A stretch of 64,000 nucleotides of DNA from Candidatus Saccharimonadales bacterium. Lineage in GTDB: Bacteria > Patescibacteriota > Saccharimonadia > Saccharimonadales > UBA10212. Every line of letters begins with the position of its first letter. Position 1 is the first letter of the stretch. The translations under genes and the position numbers were made by a program. The notes under the pieces were generated by a model. It saw only the letters and a list, made by a program, of their open reading frames with translations, was not told the origin of the DNA and did not search any database. Location of the stretch: positions 290,717 through 354,716 of the forward strand of contig JBEKOJ010000001.1 of assembly GCA_049521895.1 (NCBI GenBank), read 5' to 3'. This document shows positions 29,361-35,725 of this stretch, piece by piece.

Positions 29361-29461
29361 AGCCCGGCGGCGTGTCTTTGTTGAGGTGGTTAAAGCTATA
29401 ACGATCCTCCTTCGGGGTTAGATATTACGGCTACCGTGGACGTCGGGGTGCTAAATTGAGT

Positions 29462-29920
29462 CTATTGGCTGCTGCCACCAGGACAGTTCGGCGGTACGCT
29501 GCCAGAAAGCTGCAGTAAGCCACAAAAGGCCGCATCACCCACCTTCCAAGCGCCGTTTACCTTCACGGCTTGGCCTTTTTGGTTGCTTAGTGCCGGCTGT
29601 TTATTAATATCAATGGTATATTGCACGGTCGCACTGCTGCCATTTAGACTGACACTAGAAACAGTTGCAGTTGTAGCCTTGGCTGTCGCTGATTGCGCCT
29701 GAGCCTGGATGACTTGTGCGAACTGCTGGCCGTTTTGCAACAGGTTAATTTTACCTTGGGCTGAAGTTGAGCCGTTAAAAAAGGCGACCCAGTTAGTCTG
29801 AATCTGGCTCTTGGCTGCGTTGTTGTCGGAATTAGTCCTACCGCTAGTGAACCACCAGATGGCAAAACCACCACCCACTATCACTATCAATATCACTAAA
29901 CCAATCCAATATTTTTTCAT
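29462..29920 (-). CDS. Membrane-anchored hypothetical protein
   Basis: N-terminal TM (YWIGLVILIVIVGGGFAIWWF) with a Gln/Ala/Ser-rich ectodomain. GGAGG upstream. Confidence 0.6.
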   Translation of the reverse strand: MKKYWIGLVILIVIVGGGFAIWWFTSGRTNSDNNAAKSQIQTNWVAFFNGSTSAQGKINLLQNGQQFAQVIQAQAQSATAKATTATVSSVSLNGSSATVQYTIDINKQPALSNQKGQAVKVNGAWKVGDAAFCGLLQLSGSVPPNCPGGSSQ

Positions 29921-30003
29921 AACTTCCTCCCCGTTAAGTTTACTATGAGGGCATTATACGCCAGTTTGAAAATCGTCCACATAAATCCCTAATTTAATAG
30001 TGC

Positions 30004-30717
30004 ATGATAATATCGTTTACGTCAGTGATAAATAGTGGATATAGTACTAAAGGTATGTTGACACTGAAATATACTCGGGCGATTTTATGGCTTTGTGTAG
30101 CATCGGCTATACTTTATAACTCCTGGCCCTTGGGCTATGTGCTAAATAATAAAGTTGCACACCATGGTTTAATAAGCGACTTGGGAGCAATTAATCAGCC
30201 GTTTAATTGGCTATTTATCATGACCGACATCTTAACAGGTATTTTCATCTTGGCCGTAGTAATGTTCATGCGGTCGAAAACATTCTCTGGACTGCGTTCC
30301 AATGCCTGGTCTATGGTATCTATAGGACTTCTGCTGTTCGGGCTCTTTACTGCGATTAGTGCCCTATTGCCGCTTAATTGTTATGCTTCTGTAGTGGGTT
30401 GTGGAGCCCATCTTAACCAAGCGTTTGGCCTGCATGATGTTACTGGCGGTATCGCGGCCTTTGGAATATTTATCAGTTTGATGGGTGCCAGTACTCTGGC
30501 CGCACTAAATAAACTTAGTGGGGTATTGAAGCGAATGACATGGACAGCGCTTATCGCTTGGAGTGCAAGCGGTATCTTGTTCGTCATTTTAACCGAAGTG
30601 AACAAGGGGGTTCAGCTTATGCAGCAAATATTCCTTATTCTTTCCGGGTTCGCTGTTATTATTATCGGTTTTATCGTCCACGAAACTGTGCGGCTGGCTC
30701 AACTCAACGATGAATGA
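30004..30717 (+). CDS. Polytopic membrane protein, unknown function
   Basis: 237 aa with about 6-7 TM helices. Confidence 0.6.
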   Translation: MIISFTSVINSGYSTKGMLTLKYTRAILWLCVASAILYNSWPLGYVLNNKVAHHGLISDLGAINQPFNWLFIMTDILTGIFILAVVMFMRSKTFSGLRSNAWSMVSIGLLLFGLFTAISALLPLNCYASVVGCGAHLNQAFGLHDVTGGIAAFGIFISLMGASTLAALNKLSGVLKRMTWTALIAWSASGILFVILTEVNKGVQLMQQIFLILSGFAVIIIGFIVHETVRLAQLNDE

Positions 30718-30736
30718 CCGATAAAAAATACTGGCC

Positions 30737-30755
30737 GGGCGTCTGGGTCTGGTAC
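30737..30755 (+). repeat. Junction-like motif M0 (degenerate)
   Basis: GGGCGTCTGGGTCTGGTAC, matching the consensus at 13 of 18 specified positions. Confidence 0.3.
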
Positions 30756-30759
30756 ATAC

Positions 30760-31059
30760 TTACGAATATATAACTATGCCAACCACAACGCTGGCCTCGA
30801 TGAGCAAATAAAGGACTGAGGTAACGAGCAATGGAATTAGGCGTTTTTTGATCGAATAAATGATCCAGACAAAATTGTCTATTACGAAAAAGCCCCATGT
30901 ATATATGGACACATCTCCCGCACTATGATGAGCATAAATGGTGATGGCTTGTGGTATTTCAAATAGGGGTGTAGCTACAGTGAAAAGGTAGACCAAATAA
31001 TCAAAAGGCGTTTCGGGTCTTTGTATTCCCCAAAAAAGTTTGGCATGTTTTTTACCCAC
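30760..31059 (-). CDS. PQ-loop/SemiSWEET-like small membrane protein
   Basis: 99 aa, 3 TM, PQ motif region EIPQAITIYAHHSAGDVSI. Confidence 0.5.
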   Translation of the reverse strand: MGKKHAKLFWGIQRPETPFDYLVYLFTVATPLFEIPQAITIYAHHSAGDVSIYTWGFFVIDNFVWIIYSIKKRLIPLLVTSVLYLLIEASVVVGIVIYS

Positions 31060-31093
31060 TGCTCCAGTATACCAATCCGGATGTCCTCGGCCG

Positions 31094-31112
31094 GAGCATA
31101 CTGGTCTGACAC
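31094..31112 (+). repeat. Junction-like motif M2
   Basis: GAGCATACTGGTCTGACAC. Confidence 0.45.
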
Positions 31113-31242
31113 CTTATGCTAGAGTTTTTAGCACTGTTTCAGTAATTTGCTATCTCTCAGCGAAATGTAAGCAATATCCTCTATAATGATTATGGTAGAT
31201 GGACGTATTGGCATTACTTATATAAATTAACAAGGAGAAATT

Positions 31243-31572
31243 ATGTTTGATCATAAAGAAATGAGTGAAGAAAAAAAGGCAAAGTTGACTTCAAAACTCA
31301 AAGAGTTGGGTATTGATGAGAAAATGATTGATGAACATCTGATGTGGAAAGTTAAAAAAGCTTCTCATAAGTTAACCAAGTTGCGCTTGATGCTTGACGA
31401 AAAAGGGGCCTCAAAAGAAGACACAAAGAAAATTCTTGATAAATTGGTTGAGGGTTCAATGAAGAAAGATTTAGCCAAAATTAAAGAATGGCAAAAAGAG
31501 CATAAAGAAAAAGAACATTGTGATTGCCCTTGCCACCGTGAGTGCTACTGCGATTGCCATAAAAAGGACTAA
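31243..31572 (+). CDS. Lys/Glu-rich small protein with C-terminal Cys/His cluster
   Basis: 109 aa, GGAGA SD. The tail HCDCPCHRECYCDCHKK suggests metal binding. Confidence 0.6.
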   Translation: MFDHKEMSEEKKAKLTSKLKELGIDEKMIDEHLMWKVKKASHKLTKLRLMLDEKGASKEDTKKILDKLVEGSMKKDLAKIKEWQKEHKEKEHCDCPCHRECYCDCHKKD

Positions 31573-31597
31573 AGCGCTTTAAATAAGCATAAGAATT

Positions 31598-31627
31598 TTG
31601 GCTGAGTATATTGGTCTGGAGCGTTTT
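31598..31627 (+). repeat. Junction-like motif M3 (30-nt version)
   Basis: TTGGCTGAGTATATTGGTCTGGAGCGTTTT, 24/30 identical to M4. Confidence 0.55.
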
Positions 31628-31904
31628 ATCTTTTCTTCCGATGCCGAAAATATAAAACAGCATAAATAAAATAAACTGTGAATGTTAGCGCTATTAGACC
31701 CTGCCCAATAATTAGTGGCGCATCATTTAAACTAACGAACTTGATAAGTATTACGACTATGGCAACGTAACGAATTATCATACCAAGGAGGGAAAGGTCC
31801 TTTGATGATTTAGTTCGATGGATCCGTCTGATTTGAAGAACTACATCAACATTAAGAGCTATGTACGATAGAAGTGTCAGCCAGTCCAGTATTTTCATAG
31901 CCAA
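31626..31904 (-). CDS. PQ-loop-like small membrane protein
   Basis: 92 aa, 3 TM, with VLQIRRIHRTKSSKDLSL resembling a PQ-loop motif. Confidence 0.45.
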   Translation of the reverse strand: MAMKILDWLTLLSYIALNVDVVLQIRRIHRTKSSKDLSLLGMIIRYVAIVVILIKFVSLNDAPLIIGQGLIALTFTVYFIYAVLYFRHRKKR

Positions 31905-31927
31905 AGCATAGCATGAACATAACCAAT

Positions 31928-31957
31928 TTGGCTGAGCATACAGGTCAGGAACCTTTT
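31928..31957 (+). repeat. Junction-like motif M4 (30-nt version)
   Basis: TTGGCTGAGCATACAGGTCAGGAACCTTTT. Confidence 0.55.
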
Positions 31958-31996
31958 CGGTTTTTATGCAGATACTTGTCGGTCTATAATACGGTT

Positions 31997-32176
31997 ATGA
32001 TTAAAAAATACCCGTATTGGATTTATGTTGTTGGTGTTTTTGTAGCCTGGGCAATAGTACTGTTGTTAACGTGGAGGTTAATCAGCGCTAGCAGGTTCCA
32101 TAATGTGCTTATTTTCTGTAGCGGTTTCTTGCTTGGTGTTTTGGCTGCGAGTCTTGCGCGAAAGGTTTTTAAGTAA
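31997..32176 (+). CDS. Small 2-TM membrane protein
   Basis: The ORF track gives 31913..32176. The in-frame ATG at 31997 (MIKKYPYWIYVVG...) avoids overlap with motif M4. Confidence 0.45.
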   Translation: MIKKYPYWIYVVGVFVAWAIVLLLTWRLISASRFHNVLIFCSGFLLGVLAASLARKVFK

Positions 32177-32205
32177 GACGCTTATGCTGGGCTAAGCGTG
32201 TCGGC

Positions 32206-32745
32206 CTAGATTGGCCGCCCTTGTTGCTGCGCGACCCAACCATCTGCGAGTTTCTTAATATTTAGGGTTTCCTTGTGAAGAGGGGCTAGGCCTAGATCTT
32301 TATTAACGAAAGTGTAGGTGTCTGAGGTGGGATCATAATGGCTTATGTAAACAATCCCATTGAAAGCCGCTTTTGGGCCTATATTGTATGTGCCAATGTT
32401 GTCATTGTGGTGCTTATTAACCCATTTTTGAATCTCTGTATCATAATGCTCTAAGTAATTACGAAACTTTCGATTATGAATGACCGAGGACTTTGGAATT
32501 CCAAGAACTTTCCCCATAGTTATTACTTTTGTATAGTTAGAGTACTCTACCCTGTATTCTCCTTTTAGCATTTTTGAGACCATTGCGCAGTGAGACAGAA
32601 ACGAGTGTATGGAAGTAAAAGCTGTGTCAAATTGACTCGCAGATTTTTTATTAATATTCCTGTGTGCGATGTCTGCGAAGTGAGCCTGAGTGCTGATTTC
32701 ACGGATGGATGCTTCCAGCCATGAGTTAACGATATCTATATTCAT
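32206..32745 (-). CDS. Hypothetical protein with HEPN-like R-x4-H motif
   Basis: The ORF track gives 32206..32808, but the ATG at 32745 (MNIDIVNSW...) with GAAGG upstream is more plausible. FRNYLEH fits the HEPN RNxxxH pattern. Weak call. Confidence 0.35.
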   Translation of the reverse strand: MNIDIVNSWLEASIREISTQAHFADIAHRNINKKSASQFDTAFTSIHSFLSHCAMVSKMLKGEYRVEYSNYTKVITMGKVLGIPKSSVIHNRKFRNYLEHYDTEIQKWVNKHHNDNIGTYNIGPKAAFNGIVYISHYDPTSDTYTFVNKDLGLAPLHKETLNIKKLADGWVAQQQGRPI

Positions 32746-32746
32746 A

Positions 32747-32787
32747 ATGGTTACCTTCGGTGCACTACTTGGCTGGGGAGGAGGGAT
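32747..32787. repeat. Direct repeat DR1 (displaced copy of tRNA-Gln 3' end plus flank)
   Basis: 37/41 identical to 34042-34082. Includes tggctggggaGgagggat, which is the tRNA 3' end through the T-loop. Confidence 0.75.
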
Positions 32788-34041
32788 GGTTGCTGTCGCA
32801 ACACGCACTCATCATGCTCGATGCAAGCATCTGTGCGTGACTCCTTGGCGCCCGAACCTTCCATAATATATTACCATCCGATTTTCGGACTCGCCCTATA
32901 CTAGATTACAATTCACCCCCGTCGAAGAAGATTTAAACCAAGAAAAATGCCCCGCGTATCGTCGATACTTTGCGGGACACGCCGGATTGAGTACCGGAGC
33001 TCTTTCAAGCTAGTTGTCGTACCTGTCGAGTTCTTCCTTGACCGCCTCCCTTACTTGTTGTTCCAGCATCAGGCGCTCGCGGATCAGTTGGGTCTCGGAG
33101 CCAATTTCGCGAGCTCGTGCGTTGGCGAGCTCACGGGCGATCTGCTCGTTACTTTCAGCTGCTTCGATGGATGCCTCCACCGAGAGGCTTGACGCCAGCC
33201 GCAAGAGTCCCTTGACTCGCTCGATCTCCTCGTTGACCTCGGGCGTACGGTGGAGCTGCATAAGCTCCAGCAGACGGCCGTTGAGAATCGAGACCTCGTA
33301 AGAGACCTCGGACTTGCGTTCACCCACTCGTAGCTTGGCGAGCTTCTTTTCCGTCCGCTTGCGGCCGGCTTTGCCAACCTTTTTCACGAAGGGCTTGCCC
33401 CCTGCGTTGCGGACGTAGTAGAGAGCCTTGTAGCTCGAGAACTCGCCCCAGCAGTCCGAGACGGTGGTTGCCCCCTCGCCTTCCGCCAGAAACCGGCCGC
33501 TTTCCAGCATCCTTGGCGTAACAAGAGCGCCGCTCTCGATGGCGTGGGAGTAGCGCACCCTGTAGATCTCGATAGTGCCGTCTATCAGGAGAACCATCCC
33601 TGGAGGCACGTGTGCCTTAAGCCCGAGAACTTCCTGCGAGGCGGATGTCAGCAGAGAGGTGTCTACGGGCTCGCTACCAGATGCCTGGCAGGCGCCGCCG
33701 TCGCAGTTGGTGTTTCCGTCGTTGTAGATCCAGACTGAGTTGATGCCTTGGGGGCCACCGAAATGCCTGCGACCATTGCATAGAACGGCATGGGTGATGT
33801 CACCATCCCGTCCGCGCTCAATGTTGAACATGCGGATCTCTTGACCGCTCATCTTACTCCAATCACTAAAGGTACGAAAACTACTCATATTATAGCATAA
33901 GAATAATATTCGGTCAATTTAATCAAGTAGTGTCCAAGCCCGGCCGCCCTGTTGGCATGATTGGGGCAATATTAAAGCAAACCCGAAAATGAACTTGCTT
34001 TAATCCAAAATTGCAGTATTTTGCAGATACAAATTGGCACT
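32788..34041. mobile_element. Small GC-rich islet integrated at tRNA-Gln 3' end (no integrase; remnant or satellite)
   Basis: Bounded by DR1 and DR2. Similarity stops inside the T-loop, the classic tRNA-targeting crossover position. Carries one GC-rich ORF. Confidence 0.5.
33010..33888 (-). CDS. Hypothetical protein, GC-rich, C-terminal coiled coil
   Basis: 292-aa ORF with two shadow ORFs. Composition is visibly more GC-rich than its neighbours. No family recognised. Confidence 0.6.
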   Translation of the reverse strand: MSSFRTFSDWSKMSGQEIRMFNIERGRDGDITHAVLCNGRRHFGGPQGINSVWIYNDGNTNCDGGACQASGSEPVDTSLLTSASQEVLGLKAHVPPGMVLLIDGTIEIYRVRYSHAIESGALVTPRMLESGRFLAEGEGATTVSDCWGEFSSYKALYYVRNAGGKPFVKKVGKAGRKRTEKKLAKLRVGERKSEVSYEVSILNGRLLELMQLHRTPEVNEEIERVKGLLRLASSLSVEASIEAAESNEQIARELANARAREIGSETQLIRERLMLEQQVREAVKEELDRYDN

Positions 34042-34082
34042 ATGGTCACCTTTGGTGCACTGCTTGGCTGGGGAAGAGGGAT
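34042..34082. repeat. Direct repeat DR2 (tRNA-Gln 3' end plus 23-nt flank)
   Basis: Partner of DR1. Confidence 0.75.
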
Positions 34083-34138
34083 TCGAACCCCCGATCCTGG
34101 GACCAGAACCCAGTGCCTTACCACTTGGCCATTCCCCA
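34065..34138 (-). tRNA. tRNA-Gln (anticodon CTG)
   Basis: 74-nt manual cloverleaf: acceptor TGGGGAA/TTCCCCA, D arm GCCAAGTGGTAAGGC, anticodon arm CTGGG-TTCTGGT-CCCAG, T arm GGGGG-TTCGAAT-CCCTC. CCA is encoded. Confidence 0.9.
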
Positions 34139-34279
34139 CTGATAGATAAATTATAGAACTTTAGGGTTCGAATCCCGAGGGCTTTCAACTCACGAATATT
34201 TTTCTGCTGAAAAATTTCGCGAGCCCTCCTCGCCGCCGTCGCGGCTGCGGCCTTGCGAGTTGCCGCCAGGCAACTCTCA

Positions 34280-34331
34280 CCCCGATCTGGGACTCTGAAC
34301 CTCAGTGCGCATGCCGCTTGGCCAACTCCCA
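34280..34331 (-). pseudogene. Truncated tRNA-Gln-like 5' fragment
   Basis: TGGGAGTTGGCCAAGCGGCATGCGCACTGAGGTTCAGAGTCCCAGATCGGGG parallels tRNA-Gln up to the 5' T-stem and then diverges. The anticodon arm is irregular, and no matching T-loop or acceptor 3' half was found. Confidence 0.4.
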
Positions 34332-34411
34332 TTAACCTACACTATTTTACTCTAAAGAGGGGTGATAGTCTTTGCCACTTGGCCACTTTCCAATATGGAA
34401 TATTTAAGTAT

Positions 34412-35683
34412 TTAGCCCATTTTAAAAGGATTGGCGAGCCGCAATGTTTCATCAGCAGATTCTATGCGCATGATTTCATTGTGTTTAGCAGTTCTTTCAC
34501 CCCTTGATAAGCTCCCGGTTTTTATCTGGTCTGCACCGGTGCCAATAGCAAGGTGTGCGATCGTGACATCTTCTGTTTCGCCACTCCTGTGTGAAATAAT
34601 TGTCCGCCAGCCACGACTTTTTGCTAGTCGTAAGGTATGGATTGTTTCAGTGAGCGTCCCAATTTGATTTGGTTTGATAAGAATTGCGTTACCTGCTCGC
34701 CGGTCAATGGCTTGCTGCAATCTGTCCGGGTTTGTCACGAGCAAATCATCGCCGACAAGCTGTAGTTCTCCAAGTCGTTTCGTCAAGTCTTCCCAGGCGC
34801 CCCACTCGTCTTGATCCAGCCCATCTTCAATAGACAACATCGGGTAGCTTTGTGAAATAGTCGTTAAATAATCAATCATTTCCGTGTTATTCAGTCGTCG
34901 ACCTTCTGTTTTCAGGTAGTAGGTGCCGTCTTTATATAATTCCGACGCTGCGGCATCTAATCCGTAACCTACATCAGCGCCTGGCTTGTATCCCGCTGCT
35001 TCAGTTGCCCTGCCTAGTAAATCAAGCATTTCCGTATTGGATTTGACCGGAAAGGTGAAACCGCCTTCGTCACCAACCGCAGTGGATACGCCAACTGATG
35101 CGATTTCGCTCTTCAACGCCTGAAATATCTCAGCACCAACTTGGATTGCCTGGGCATAGCTTTCTGCCTGCCTCGGAATGACCATAAATTCTTGAAAATC
35201 TGAAGAATTAGTAGCGTGCTTACCCCCGTTGAGAAAATTCATCATCGGTAGCGGTAGTGATTTTGGTGGACTGCCAGCAATATCGTTGACATGAAGATAC
35301 AGGGGTATTTGCCGAGTATTCGCGGCCGCATGTGCGCAGGCTAAAGACACCGCCAGGATAGCGTTGGCTCCCAGCCTCGACTTGTTTTGGGTCCCATCGA
35401 GGTCAATCATTTTCTGGTCAATCAGAATCTGATTGTCTGCCGGTACGTTGTGCAAGCAATCAGCAATTTCGCCTTCAATATTAGCGATTGCCCGCAGTAC
35501 ACCTTTGCCGCCAAATGCACTACCGCCGTCTCTTAGTTCATACGCTTCATGCGATCCCGTTGAAGATCCGGAGGGTACAGCTGCCCGACCGAAAATGCCA
35601 CTTTCGAGCCAGACATCAGCCTCGACTGTTGGTACACCTCGTGAATCAAGGATCTGTCTAGCCTTTATGCTCGTGATTTTCAT
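34412..35683 (-). CDS. eno: Enolase
   Basis: Full-length enolase homology (ILDSRGVPTVEA..., SHRSGETED). Confidence 0.95.
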   Translation of the reverse strand: MKITSIKARQILDSRGVPTVEADVWLESGIFGRAAVPSGSSTGSHEAYELRDGGSAFGGKGVLRAIANIEGEIADCLHNVPADNQILIDQKMIDLDGTQNKSRLGANAILAVSLACAHAAANTRQIPLYLHVNDIAGSPPKSLPLPMMNFLNGGKHATNSSDFQEFMVIPRQAESYAQAIQVGAEIFQALKSEIASVGVSTAVGDEGGFTFPVKSNTEMLDLLGRATEAAGYKPGADVGYGLDAAASELYKDGTYYLKTEGRRLNNTEMIDYLTTISQSYPMLSIEDGLDQDEWGAWEDLTKRLGELQLVGDDLLVTNPDRLQQAIDRRAGNAILIKPNQIGTLTETIHTLRLAKSRGWRTIISHRSGETEDVTIAHLAIGTGADQIKTGSLSRGERTAKHNEIMRIESADETLRLANPFKMG

Positions 35684-35725
35684 GGGCTTATTTTCTCATA
35701 GTCCTTATGTATAATAAATATCAAG

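Noticed and set aside
31598-31957. Sigma-54 promoter reading of TTGGCTGAG...TTGG in motifs M3/M4
   Set aside because: The GG-to-GC spacing is off by one, the -12 element is TTGG/CAGG rather than TTGC, and copies M1/M2 lack the TGGC element.
34163-34196. Plus-strand tRNA suggested by GGGTTCGAATCCC
   Set aside because: Only a T-arm-like segment is present, with an A:G mismatch in the stem. No D or anticodon arms lie upstream (that space is occupied by tRNA-Gln on the other strand), and there is no acceptor pairing or CCA.
34000-34332. 110-aa minus-strand ORF
   Set aside because: It overlaps tRNA-Gln and the tRNA-like fragment and appears to be a by-product of GC-rich structured DNA.
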